The notes: generated by a model not told the origin, from the letters alone. A stretch of 64,000 nt of DNA from an uncultured Candidatus Rokubacteria bacterium (GCA_963805625.1 CAWDVE010000010.1:1-64000), one strand, 5' to 3'. Positions 1 to 10,391 are shown, counted from the first letter of the stretch. A program made the numbers and translations.

Positions 1-1154
1 TCCTGCGTGTACTGCGCATCGTCAAGCACTCCCATCGCTATTCCTGTCGCCTCAAGTTCAGACAGGGTGTTGTCCGCGGCAGAGTAGTGGATAGGCGGGT
101 TGTGGCCGGCATTTACATAGGTAAAGGTATGACTGGTGGAATCCATCAGTCCATAAAAAAGGGTCACAAACATCCCGGATTTCGAGTCGTGTGAGATGAT
201 GGTATTCGCATCCCGGATAGCAGCGGCAGGTTTGCTCGCGTACCATGTGGCATTTACCCGCACAACGATCCGTGAGAGGGCCATGAACAGCGCTGCCGGA
301 ATACCTTTGCCGGATACATCTGCGATCATGATCCCGAGTTTTCCGGCTCCCAGAGGGACCACTTCGAGCGGGATCACGTCAAAGAAATCCCCCCCGACCT
401 CTTTTGCCATGACACTTCTCGCGGCGATGTCGTATCCCTCGATCTGGGTGATGGTATCAGGAAGGAAACTCTTCTGGATCTCCGCAGCAATGGCCAGTTC
501 TGTGTTTTTACGTTCCATCTCGCGAAGCAGGGTGTCCCGCTCTGCCTGCATCTTCCGTTCGTTCTGGAGGTTCTCTACGATGAAGGCAAACACAAACATG
601 CCCGCTGCGTTTGCAAGGATAATGGGGAGGGCCACTGTGGATACAACAATCACGGCCTGGTCGAACGGGCGGCACAGGGCGAGTACCAGAATCATGTGGA
701 AGCCCTCCATGAGGATGGCAAAAAGCACCGCGATGGTTATACCTGCAAACCGCCTCCTGCACGCAAGCCAGATGATTCCCCCGAAGAGTCCGGCAAGGAC
801 GGTTGCCAGTGAGCAGGCATATACGGTGAAGCCCTCAAGGCTCATCCGGTATGCTGCACCGATCAGTCCTGCCCCGATTCCGACGACCGGGCCACCGAGA
901 AGCCCGGCGAGCATCGGCCCGAGATCGCGGACATTGACAATCGCGCCCATGAATTCGATACCGCTGATGGTACCATAGACAGAAAGGGCTCCAAAGACCA
1001 GAATGAGGATGACCTGGGTCTTCACTGCCGGGTGGCCGTCAAGAACCTCGGAAAAGATCCTGCTCCGGGTCAGGAGATAAGCGACCACAATGATCACGGA
1101 GATGAGTTGAATGAGGACCAGCAGATATGACAGGATCGCGAACTCCATGATCAT
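1..1154 (-). CDS. LytS/YhcK-type 5TM membrane sensor fused to SpoIIE/RsbU-family PP2C phosphatase (3' end beyond the window edge)
   Basis: Not in the ORF track; hand-translated from ATG 1154: MIMEFAILSYLLVLIQLISV...NVRDLGPMLAGLLGGP (5TM-LytS motif)...ELAIAAEIQKSFLP...AKEVGGDFFD...IADVSGKGIPAALFM...GMFVTLFY...YVNAGHNPP (PP2C motifs). Confidence 0.92.
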   Translation of the reverse strand, partial: MIMEFAILSYLLVLIQLISVIIVVAYLLTRSRIFSEVLDGHPAVKTQVILILVFGALSVYGTISGIEFMGAIVNVRDLGPMLAGLLGGPVVGIGAGLIGAAYRMSLEGFTVYACSLATVLAGLFGGIIWLACRRRFAGITIAVLFAILMEGFHMILVLALCRPFDQAVIVVSTVALPIILANAAGMFVFAFIVENLQNERKMQAERDTLLREMERKNTELAIAAEIQKSFLPDTITQIEGYDIAARSVMAKEVGGDFFDVIPLEVVPLGAGKLGIMIADVSGKGIPAALFMALSRIVVRVNATWYASKPAAAIRDANTIISHDSKSGMFVTLFYGLMDSTSHTFTYVNAGHNPPIHYSAADNTLSELEATGIAMGVLDDAQYTQ

Positions 1155-1282
1155 ACACTCGTACATAGGAATAGTGCACCACTCGTTCATAAAGGGTCAG
1201 GTTTTTTAACATCCCTTCCTTTGATAACGGATGGATAGGATTATCTTGAGAAAATGCCGACATTAAGTCGCGAGGAAAGAGC

Positions 1283-1615
1283 GTGGATATTAAGGCCGCA
1301 AACCGTGACGGGAACACTATTCTTTCCGTCAATGGCAGAATTGATACATTAACTGCACCGGAACTTGAACAGGCTATCAACACAGAAATTATGCGGGGGA
1401 ACAAGAAGATCCTGCTCGTCTTTTCCGAAGTTTCGTATATCAGCAGCGGTGGCCTCCGGGTGCTGCTGGCTACCGCCAAGAAGCTGAAAAATCCTGGCGA
1501 TAAATTCGGTATATGCAGCCTCCAACCTGAGGTTCTGAAGGTCTTCAGGCTCGCCGGATTCACCACCATCTTCTCTATCTATCCGTCAGAGGGAGAAGCG
1601 CTTGCCACCTGGTGA
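1283..1615 (+). CDS. STAS-domain anti-sigma-factor antagonist (RsbV/SpoIIAA-like)
   Basis: GRIDTLTAPELEQ...VSYISSGGLRVLL with the conserved phospho-acceptor Ser; VFRLAGF C-terminus. Confidence 0.93.
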   Translation: MDIKAANRDGNTILSVNGRIDTLTAPELEQAINTEIMRGNKKILLVFSEVSYISSGGLRVLLATAKKLKNPGDKFGICSLQPEVLKVFRLAGFTTIFSIYPSEGEALATW

Positions 1616-3324
1616 TGGCCAGCCTGACTCTATCCAGTGGCAACCGGTCCCGGGTGCACCAGGAACAGCCTTCTATCCCCTGATCCGGAAGATCGATGCC
1701 ATATCTTCCAATTCCTACCTTATCACGACCCCGGACGTCATTATCCTGATTGACCCCGGTGGATTGCCCGAACAGGCAGCACACCTGTTCCGGGTTATCG
1801 GAATGTGTCAGGCCCGGGACGCCCGACCGCTCTTTATCTTCCTGACGCATGCTCATACGGATCATTTTGTTGGTATTCAGGCGGACCCTGCATTTGCCCA
1901 TCCCGATGCTGTTGTGTTCGCAGTCCAGCAATGCGGGGCATGTGCTCTTGAATCCGGGGATACCACCGTTACGCTATCGGATCTCATGCAGGCACCTTTT
2001 TTTCCGATGAAGGTCGGGCTTCATCTATTCTCTCCGGAACGGGCTGATCTATCTGAAGACATGAGTTTCCCGAATGGAGCCCGGATCACCATTACCCGGG
2101 ACCGGACAGGTCCTGCAGGGCTCCCCCGTGAGCGGATAGAGTTCGGGCCAGGACCTGCTCTCACTATCTATCACACACCGGGTCATAGCCCGGACAGTAT
2201 ATGCCTGCAGATGGGGAGCTTCTTTTTACCGGAGACCTCCTGTTTGCGGCAAGCCCGGGAATAGCCGGCGCGACCGGGTGGTCGCAGGAAACCCTTATTC
2301 ATTCGCTGGGAGCGGTGGAGACGCTCATCACCAAAGAAGGTATACAACTTGTCTGCTCCGGGCACGGTCGGGTAATCCCTGCTGCGGATGCCCTTCGGGT
2401 GCTCTCGGCAGTCAGGGCTGATGCCCGCAGCCTGGCCAACATTGCTGAGATGGAACCTGATCGGGCAGCCCGGACTGCTGCATTTGCGGGGGACTGCATG
2501 GAGCAGGTGAATGAGATCTTCACCATCATGTCAGGACGCCTCCAGTATGTCTCTTTTATCCTGGACGAGCTTGGTGAATCCGGCATAGCAGACCGGTCAT
2601 CCACGCTTATCCGGGGTGATGTGATCGACGAACTGCTGGAAGCCTTCCATAATTTTGCAGAAGAACAACGCAAAGGACTGGATGTCCCGATCCACCGTGT
2701 CCTCAAGGCCGGGCAGGTGATTGCAAAACTCGAACGGACATTTAACCGGGATGAACTCCCGGCCATCATCGACCCGTCCCTTGTCCGCCGGGCCGGTCGG
2801 CTCCTCTCGGATTATACGACGATGCTCCGCGGGTTCACACCACCGAGTGAGTGCTCGGACTGTGATCTCAATACACTGACAGAATCAGTCGTCACCGGGC
2901 TGACTGTCCCACCCTTTACCGATGATGAGGTACTCTCCAGCGCCGATGACGACGCGGCTTTTTACCGTATCCTGCTCGCCCGGATCGGGACTCCGCCATT
3001 GCTTGCGGACGTTGAAGTCACGGTCCTGTCCGAAGCTGACCCTTTGCAGGTCTGTATAGACCGTGAACATTTCACCGATCTGCTTACTTATATTCTCGAG
3101 GACCTTGTCGGGACCGGTGCAGACCGGATCGAGATCAGCACCCGACATACCGGCAGGAACGCCATCGTCACGGTTGCCGGAAATGGACCTTCTTCGGGAA
3201 CAGTTAAGGGAACGCCGTACCTGGCGATTCCTGCAGGGGCTCGCGGAACGTACAGGAGGATCCCTGACATTCCACGAGTCTGGAAGGGAAACATCAGTTC
3301 GAGTTCATCGCTCCGGCCGTTTGA
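1602..3324 (+). CDS. Metallo-beta-lactamase-fold hydrolase fused to a helical region and a degenerate HATPase-like C-terminus (frameshifted)
   Basis: THAHTDH, HTPGHSPDS, LFTGDLLF and SGHG motifs lie across ORFs 1602-2264 and 2201-3559. The C-terminus continues in other frames (RFLQGLAERTGGSLTF...QFEFIAPAV*). Frameshifts near 2215, 3207 and 3290; the end is 3324 or 3359. Confidence 0.75.
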
Positions 3325-3509
3325 AAGATATTTTCTCTACCACGAACCAGGCGGCATAAACAGATTTTTCAGCAGTCTGCCATACTGGTTATTGCCAGTT
3401 TTCCGTCAGGTAAACGAGATAATCAGGATTTGTCGAGGACAATCTTCGATAGGTAAATCTGGGGCAGAGTTCACAAAGAATTACATAAAAATCTGTAGAA
3501 AAAGAAGAT

Positions 3510-4082
3510 TTATTCGAGAACATTTGTCGAGGAGATCATTGCAGGCACTGCTCTCGTGACGGGTACCACAGCCTTGCCCTTGCGGTTTCAACTCAATAGT
3601 TAGGCTGGTACCTCCTGCAACAGTCTTTACCGGGAAAGAAATCTCGACCAGGTCGCCGGGATACAGCGTTGTGACCGTATTGCCACCCCTTGTAGCGGTA
3701 AAAGTGCCTGTTGTACTTCTCGTCCCCCGTGTGAGGGTTACCGGGGCACTGCCCGCAGCGGAAAAGACAATCTCCATCCCGGTCAGGTCAATCGCTGGAT
3801 GCCTGCGTCGGCAGGCTGACAGAAAATGTAATTATGTCAATTCCCCGTAACGGATCAGTTGACAGTCCGTAGACATTTCCTGACAGCTGAACGTTGTCGG
3901 CAGATTGCCCTGGATCTGACGTGGGAGCAGGAGCTGGAGATGTTGTCGCCGGTGGTAATGGAGGTAACAGGGATTGTCCCTTCCGATTCCGTGGGAGTCG
4001 TTGTACAACCCAGAGTCACGAGAAATAACATCAGTATAAGAGAGACACAGACGGTTTTGATGGATAAAGTCGATATGGACAT
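3510..4082 (-). CDS. Putative lipoprotein with an archaellin-like C-terminal domain (frameshifted, or a pseudogene)
   Basis: Signal with lipobox (LMLFLVTLGC), Thr-rich linker, then across frames DNVQLSGNVYGLSTDPLRGIDIITFSVSL...IDLTGMEIVF...LYPGDLVEISF...LTIELKPQG...VVPVTRAVPAMISSTNVLE*, which reads like a Methanomicrobiales archaellin body. Confidence 0.65.
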
Positions 4083-4364
4083 TTTGTTTCACCCTGTTTC
4101 AATAGTTCATTATTTTTCGACCTGTTTAATCATTTTCATAACCTCTCCCGCATAAACGCAGGCAAATCCATGGATACGTGGGAAGTAATGAGGTTGGTCC
4201 CAACGGTGGCTTTTTTTTATCTTCTCACATGCTGCCCCAAAGCCTCCCATGATAAGGACAGCAAAACTATAGCCGGTGTGGGAAAAGTTCAACCGCTGCA
4301 CAAATTCTGCCACGAAATAAGTTCCAGACGGCGACAATGCGAGTGAAATTCCAGAGGCACCTAT

Positions 4365-4699
4365 CGCTAAGCGCATGGGCGGATCGCGGGGACAGGCACT
4401 GTCCCTCCGTAAATAGGTGCTTTACAATGTGTTGAAAACTTAGGGTTCCCCATGAAAATAGAGTAGACAGATGTACATAATGGAATGTTTTTACCTCTTA
4501 ATTATTTGCGATGAACCCCGCCGCCCCCGACGGGGCGCCCCCGCGGCGGATTAGTGTCTGTAAGTATATTTGCAGACACCGCACTGCCCCGCCGTGCCTC
4601 GGAGAGGCCCTGAGGCGGGTTTTCCTCCTGAAATTACATGGTTTAATGATTTTCATGGTTCGGGTGCGAACTCCCGTTCATGCCCGTTTCAGCAGAGCC
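4365..4699 (+). repeat. Modular intergenic repeat (MITE/REP-like), locus 1: module B followed by module A
   Basis: GGGGACAGGCACTGTCCC hairpin; CCGCCGCCCCCGACGGGGCGCCCCCGCGGCGG; CCCGCCGTGCCTCGGAGAGGCCCTGAGGCGGG; ends GTTTCAGCAGAGCC at 4686-4699. Confidence 0.9.
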
Positions 4700-4711
4700 G
4701 GAAAATGTATT

Positions 4712-5593
4712 CTAAATACTGACGTTCAGCACCGAGCGGATCAGGATACCTATCACAAAGGAGATCGCTGCAATACCGAGGCTGATGAGAAGCATCTCTC
4801 CGAACCGTCGCCAGAAAGGAAGATCTTTTGCCACGGATATATAGAATGTGAAGAGGAATATGACAAGAACGGCTCCTGCCAGGGTGAATATGAGGGCATG
4901 ATACGGGCTTTCAAGGATAAGGTACGGGAGGATCAGCAGGGCGACGGTCACAAGGTAGGTAGTCCCGGTATAGACAGATGCCCTGAAAGGATTGGTTGCA
5001 CCTCCGTCCGACCGCTGGGACAGGTACTCGGAAGCTCCCATTGAAAGAGAGGCAGCGACTCCCATGATCAGGCCGGCAACCGCAATGATTTGTGTATTCT
5101 GGATTGCAAAGGTGAGCCCGGCAAGGGTTCCGGTAAACTCAACGAGTGCATCATTAAGACCGAGTACGACCGAGCCCACATATTTCAGCCGTTCTTCATC
5201 GATGAGTGCAATCAGTTCCCGTTCATGGTTCTCCTCATTTTCCAGGATATCCCGTGCCTCGGGAATCCTGCCAGCAAGTCCCTGATCATACCCCTGTGCA
5301 CGTTTTTCTACGCCTTCCATGAGCTTGATGGCAAATGTCATGCCCATGCCCCGTGCGATCAGGTAATAGAACCAGATACGGAGCGTGTCCGGTGCCACGT
5401 CCTGCCGGGTGTACTGTTTCCATATCGCATAATGACCGAGTTCCTGGCCGGCGATCCGCTCCAGCACCTCACGGTTGTGCGCATCATGGTTTGCAGCAGC
5501 AATTTTTTTGTAAATATGGTGCTCGGTGATCTCGCCCCTTTGCAGGGCAAGCAGGGTTGCCGTCAGTCCGGGATCTTCAGGCGGGGAGGTCAT
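4712..5593 (-). CDS. Rubrerythrin/ferritin-like domain fused to VIT1/CCC1 iron transporter
   Basis: N-terminal E..EITEH / ELGH / EENHE ferritin-like motifs; VLGLNDALVEFTG and SMGASEYLS VIT1 motifs; 5 TM helices. Confidence 0.92.
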   Translation of the reverse strand: MTSPPEDPGLTATLLALQRGEITEHHIYKKIAAANHDAHNREVLERIAGQELGHYAIWKQYTRQDVAPDTLRIWFYYLIARGMGMTFAIKLMEGVEKRAQGYDQGLAGRIPEARDILENEENHERELIALIDEERLKYVGSVVLGLNDALVEFTGTLAGLTFAIQNTQIIAVAGLIMGVAASLSMGASEYLSQRSDGGATNPFRASVYTGTTYLVTVALLILPYLILESPYHALIFTLAGAVLVIFLFTFYISVAKDLPFWRRFGEMLLISLGIAAISFVIGILIRSVLNVSI

Positions 5594-7299
5594 TGTATCA
5601 CCCTGTACATATCCCGCGGTACCAGGATCTCAAACTTCACACCTTTGCCGGGTTCACCGTTTTCGCGGATGGTAATGCCCGTGATCGCGAGGATTTCCCG
5701 GGACAGGAACAGGCCAAGACCTGTGTGTTTGCCAAACCCTCTGCGGAAGATAAGTTCCTTCTCCGGGGCAGGTATCCCTGCACCGTCATCCTCATACGTA
5801 ATTACCCCGCCTGCCTCAGTCTCGTTAAACCGGAACCAGATTCGTGTGACATGGTCCCCGTGGCGGATGGAGTTCTCCATGAGGTTATAGAATACCTTAC
5901 TGATGAGGGGATCGGCAAAGACTTCAACGCCGGAAAGCATGATCTCAGGCGTGATCTTTTCGAGAGGAAGTTGAGCCGCGGAAGAGCGGACTGTTGTCGC
6001 GATCTCCTGCCATTGGGGTGCGTTTACGCCGATGTCTTCATAATAGCGGGTGAATTCGATCTGGCGACGGATCGATGTCACGGCTTCTTCCTCTTTTTGT
6101 ATGAACCCGAGAATCTCCGGGTCCGTTACACTCTCTTTGGAGATCAGCAGGTAGCCTCCCAGCACCATCAGCTGGTTGAGGATATCGTGACGGGTAATCG
6201 ATGAAAGCATATTGAGTTTTTTCAGTGCCTGCTGCAGGGCTTTTTCTGCCCGCTTGGGCTCGGTAATATCATGGAGCACGTGGACGCACCCGGTGACCGT
6301 GCCTGCTGCATCCCTGAGCGGGGAAGCCGTTACCAGGAAGTCCCCGTTGAGGGTATCTTCATGGATTTCCTGGACGTGTTCCTTACCGTCGGACATGAGA
6401 ATCTGGTGGGGACATGAACGTGGCGGCTGCCCGCTGTGGTGGACGATCTCATAGCAGGTATGACCGACGGCATCCCGGACGGGTATACCGAGCCGATCAG
6501 ACATTGATTTGTTCACCCGTACGATGCGATGGTCACGATCGATAATGGAGATCAGGTCCGGAACAGCGTCAAAGGTCCGCTCCCATTCATCTTTTGCCTT
6601 CAGGATTTCATCCTGCAGCCGTTTTTTCTCAGTGATATCATGGGCAGTGGTTGAAATGCCAGTGATGACACCCTCAGGATTTTTGATAGGTGACAGGGAG
6701 AGAGAGACCTGGATGAGTCTCCCGTCCTTTGTTATCCGGTCCGTCTCGTATCGCCCGATACGTTCTCCGCTCAGGATCCTCCCGATGAGCCGGGGTATTT
6801 CGTCAGGACGATCCGGTGGTGAAAGCAGGCTGACGGGCTTTCCCATAACTTCCCGGGCTGTGTAACCGTAGAGCCGTTCGGCGCCGGAGTTCCAGTCAGT
6901 GATGATCCCGTCCAGGGTTTTACCCACGACAGCATCATTGGACGATTCGACCATGGATACAAACCTGAGGCATCTGGCGGCATCCTGCTGCATCCTGTCG
7001 CTCAGGAATGAAACCACGGCACCGATACTCATGAAAACCACCACCCGTGCGAGAGCAGCGACGATGACCTCCGGGGATGGAGATCCAACGCCAAGAACAA
7101 GCGCACTATAGATGGCCGAGAGAATAACCGTGAACAGGATACCACGACGGGGATAATAATAGGCGGTGAGGATGATGGGGATGTACAGGAGATGGGGTAA
7201 TACATTGGTAATGTTTCGGGTAAGCCCGTACCAGTTCAGGAGCAGTGACGCAGATGTGCTGACAGCGATAAGGCTCAGGACAAGCCGGGGATCTTTCAT
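5590..7299 (-). CDS. Membrane PAS-PAS sensor histidine kinase
   Basis: N-terminal TMs, two PAS domains, H-box ITRHDILNQL, NLMENSIRHG, DDGAGIP, HTGLGLF. Start at 7299 preferred (7368 possible); overlaps the VIT1 gene by 4 bp. Confidence 0.92.
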   Translation of the reverse strand: MKDPRLVLSLIAVSTSASLLLNWYGLTRNITNVLPHLLYIPIILTAYYYPRRGILFTVILSAIYSALVLGVGSPSPEVIVAALARVVVFMSIGAVVSFLSDRMQQDAARCLRFVSMVESSNDAVVGKTLDGIITDWNSGAERLYGYTAREVMGKPVSLLSPPDRPDEIPRLIGRILSGERIGRYETDRITKDGRLIQVSLSLSPIKNPEGVITGISTTAHDITEKKRLQDEILKAKDEWERTFDAVPDLISIIDRDHRIVRVNKSMSDRLGIPVRDAVGHTCYEIVHHSGQPPRSCPHQILMSDGKEHVQEIHEDTLNGDFLVTASPLRDAAGTVTGCVHVLHDITEPKRAEKALQQALKKLNMLSSITRHDILNQLMVLGGYLLISKESVTDPEILGFIQKEEEAVTSIRRQIEFTRYYEDIGVNAPQWQEIATTVRSSAAQLPLEKITPEIMLSGVEVFADPLISKVFYNLMENSIRHGDHVTRIWFRFNETEAGGVITYEDDGAGIPAPEKELIFRRGFGKHTGLGLFLSREILAITGITIRENGEPGKGVKFEILVPRDMYRVIQ

Positions 7300-7571
7300 T
7301 GTCTGGTCAAGATACAGGAAACTCGTGCAGATAACCCCCGGTACGTGCTTAATAGTTTTCTCCTGCATATATTGTATTCTTCGATGTTCATGAACCCTTT
7401 AAGCCAAGGCCGGGCACATTGATGATTCTTTTTTGACTGCGTGAGGTTAAGGGGGTCAGGTGTGATTGAAAAAAGATGGAGAGCACCGGAAAAGAGGACC
7501 TTGCGGAGGATTCATTGAAAGAACAAACGGTGCATCTTCAGGAATAAAAAAAATGCGATGGTGATCTGGTA

Positions 7572-9560
7572 TCAGCGGATCTTCGTACCCGGTTCAACAG
7601 GTTTCAGGGGGGTGAGGAGCGATGCAGTATCCCCGGCAGCAAGGATCATGCCATTTGATTCCACGCCAAAGATCTTTGCCGGCGCCAGGTTCGTAACCAC
7701 AACTACATCCTTTCCTACGAGGTCCTCAGGCTTGTAAAACTGCTGCATGCCGGCTACGATCTGGCGGGTCTCGCCCCCGATATCCACCTGGAGTTTCAGG
7801 AGCTTGTTTGATTTCCTGACCGGTTCTGCCGCAAGCACCCTGCCGGTCCTCAGGTCGAGTTTCTGGAACTCCTCAAAGGAAAGGACGGGTATTTTCTCCA
7901 TTTTCCTGTCTGCCTGGGCTACACGTTTCTGGAGCAGGGCTTCCAGCTCTGCAATCTGGGTTTCTTCCATCCGGCTGAAGAGCGGGGTCGGGGGAAGGAG
8001 GACGGTTTCCACAACCGGCTCTGCAGCTTCCCTGAGGGAATGATCTGCAAGCGTGTCTTTGTATCCCAGCATTTTCCAGCACACCTGTGCCTTTTCCGGC
8101 ATCACCGGCTCGATGAGCAGAGCTACTGCCTTGACGATCTGGATGCAGTTGGTGATTACCTGTGCTGCCGCATTACGATCGGTCTTGATCAGTTTCCAGG
8201 GGGCATTGGTCTGGATGTACGTATTGCCGAATGCTGCGAGCGCCATAATTCCATCAACTGCACCCTTGAATTCGTAGTCCCGCATGAGGCTGTCCACGTT
8301 CATGAGGCTCTTTTGTATTTCTGCAATTATGGCAGGATCGACGGGACAGGAAGGGATCCCGCCGAATTCCTTGTGTGCAAAGAAAAGCGTGCGGTAGACA
8401 AAGTTACCGAAGATATTGACAACTTCGTTATTGATCCGTTCGCCAAAGACCTTCCACGAAAAATTCAGTTCCTTGGTGTGACTCGTGTAGGCGAGCAGGT
8501 AGTACCGGAGGTAGTCAGCAGGGAGACCCTTGTCAAGGTAATCCTCATTGGTCCAGACAACATACCCACGGGATTTCGAGAATTTATGATCATCGACCTT
8601 GACCATCCCGCTTGCGACAATAGCATGAGGGACGCCGTACCCGGCACCCTTCAGGAGCGCCGGCCAGAAGATACTGTGGTGGTAGATGATATCGCCACCG
8701 ATGAAATGCGTGACCCGGTTATCCCCGCACCAGTAACGTTTCCAGTCTTTTCCTGCATTCTCTGCCCATTCCTCGGTGAATGCGATATACCCGATGGGAG
8801 CGTCAACCCAGACATAGACCACGAGATCGTCGCGGCCGGGGAACTTCACACCCCATTCGAGGGTACGGGTAATGCACCAGTCGTGCAGGTCTTCCTTGAT
8901 CCACCCGATCGCGTAGTTCTTCGCGTTGGTCGTCCCTTTTACATTATCGAGGAAGGGGAGCAGGAAATCCTTGAATTCGGAGAGCCTGAAGAAGTAATGC
9001 TCCTGGTCCCGGAACTCTGCCTTCGTCCCGCAGACCTTGCAGACCGGATCCTTGATTTCCCCCGGTTCCAGGTGTTTGCCGCACCCCTGGTCACACTCAT
9101 CGCCCCGTGCCGCTGTCCCGCAGTGGGGGCAGATCCCCTCGACATAGCGGTCGGGAAGGAACCGTTTGCATTTCGTGCAATATGCCTGGTGCACGATCTG
9201 CTTGTAGACATAGCCGTTTTTGATAAGTTCGGATACAATTGCCCTGGTGCGGTGGTGTGTCGCCGGGTCATCGGTCATGCCGAACCGGTCGAAGATTACT
9301 CCCATTCTTTGGAATGTCTCCTCGAAATGGCGGTGGTAACGCTCGGATAGTGCCCGTGGAGAGGTCCCCGCTTCCTCCGCCGACACAACGATGGGGGTCC
9401 CGTGATTATCCGAACCGCAGACGAAGACGACCTCTTCGCCTGCCCGCCGCATGTAGCGGACGTAAGCGTCAGCAGGCACGTACGTTCGCAGATGTCCAAG
9501 ATGGCAGGGACCGTTGGTATACGGCAACCCGCAGGTGACCAGCAGCGGTGGTGGGTTCAT
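7572..9560 (-). CDS. metG: Methionine--tRNA ligase
   Basis: LPYTNGPCHLGH, Zn knuckles, KFSKS, C-terminal tRNA-binding OB domain. Confidence 0.98.
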   Translation of the reverse strand: MNPPPLLVTCGLPYTNGPCHLGHLRTYVPADAYVRYMRRAGEEVVFVCGSDNHGTPIVVSAEEAGTSPRALSERYHRHFEETFQRMGVIFDRFGMTDDPATHHRTRAIVSELIKNGYVYKQIVHQAYCTKCKRFLPDRYVEGICPHCGTAARGDECDQGCGKHLEPGEIKDPVCKVCGTKAEFRDQEHYFFRLSEFKDFLLPFLDNVKGTTNAKNYAIGWIKEDLHDWCITRTLEWGVKFPGRDDLVVYVWVDAPIGYIAFTEEWAENAGKDWKRYWCGDNRVTHFIGGDIIYHHSIFWPALLKGAGYGVPHAIVASGMVKVDDHKFSKSRGYVVWTNEDYLDKGLPADYLRYYLLAYTSHTKELNFSWKVFGERINNEVVNIFGNFVYRTLFFAHKEFGGIPSCPVDPAIIAEIQKSLMNVDSLMRDYEFKGAVDGIMALAAFGNTYIQTNAPWKLIKTDRNAAAQVITNCIQIVKAVALLIEPVMPEKAQVCWKMLGYKDTLADHSLREAAEPVVETVLLPPTPLFSRMEETQIAELEALLQKRVAQADRKMEKIPVLSFEEFQKLDLRTGRVLAAEPVRKSNKLLKLQVDIGGETRQIVAGMQQFYKPEDLVGKDVVVVTNLAPAKIFGVESNGMILAAGDTASLLTPLKPVEPGTKIR

Positions 9561-9599
9561 CAGTACTTTTTAGATGCTTATGAGTAATAAGATCTGTAT

Positions 9600-10391
9600 A
9601 TGGTAAAACGGCTGAAGCTGGGAACAAGAGCGCTGGGAGCGGAGCCCGGCAGGCCGGATGTTCCTGCTCTGGCCACCTGGATAGCAGGACACCGCGGTAC
9701 CCCGGCAGACATTATCACTTACCAGCTTGACCGGTCGCTGTCACCCCAGCTGTCAGCAGGTATCATGTCACCCTGTGCCGGGGGAAGGTTCTACCGTGAG
9801 CGGATCATGGCGTGCATGCAGGGGATTGAGGATGGAAAGGCAACAGACGAAATCAGCCTCGATCCCAACGAAATCATCCAGGACGCCGCGGGGATCGTCG
9901 CACAGAAAAAAGGTGCCTGGTGCGCCCTGCCTGCTCCTCATGTACTCGGAATCACTGATGCATTCTATAATGATGAAGAAGAGTGGAATGACGCCCTTAC
10001 CGGATTCTACCGGATCCTGATGCGCTCGATGCGGGATGCCGGGATCACCGGGCATGTGCTGATCTGCAATACTCTTGAGGAACCGGAGATTGCTTCCCTC
10101 GTACGGCAGAATGTCTTTTTTTTCCTGCAGGAACCTGACAGGGACGACCTTGCAGTCCTGATGGAACACCAGCGTCAGGTTGCAGTCGGCCGGGACAGGC
10201 TTGATACCCTGCTCGATCTCACCGGGGAGTATGATGTACGGAAGATCATTCTTGTCGATCCTGACAGTGCCTCCATTAACCGTGCCCTCTCATGCTTCGA
10301 TCCCGACCAGATAATTGCCGGCGGGTACTGTACGGGTTCATGTGAAGAATACTGGAAAAATCTCGTTCTGTCTGCCACGTATACGGTATAA
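9600..10391 (+). CDS. Hypothetical protein divergent from metG
   Basis: 263-aa ORF with a globular composition filling the gap; family not recognised with confidence. Confidence 0.75.
   Translation: MVKRLKLGTRALGAEPGRPDVPALATWIAGHRGTPADIITYQLDRSLSPQLSAGIMSPCAGGRFYRERIMACMQGIEDGKATDEISLDPNEIIQDAAGIVAQKKGAWCALPAPHVLGITDAFYNDEEEWNDALTGFYRILMRSMRDAGITGHVLICNTLEEPEIASLVRQNVFFFLQEPDRDDLAVLMEHQRQVAVGRDRLDTLLDLTGEYDVRKIILVDPDSASINRALSCFDPDQIIAGGYCTGSCEEYWKNLVLSATYTV

Noticed and set aside
196-978. 260-aa + strand ORF
   Set aside because: Antisense shadow of the 5TM-PP2C gene on the - strand.
4511-5044. ORFs sharing APDGAPPRR/APEGTPPRR peptides (also near 24.1, 33.1 and 63.1 kb)
   Set aside because: Translations of the GC hairpin of the repeat; frames, starts and lengths are not conserved among copies.
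8040-9350. 436-aa + strand ORF and similar long antisense ORFs (5090-5890, 57705-58998)
   Set aside because: They lie opposite well-supported genes (metG, VIT1/kinase, dnaK) and have no recognisable motifs.
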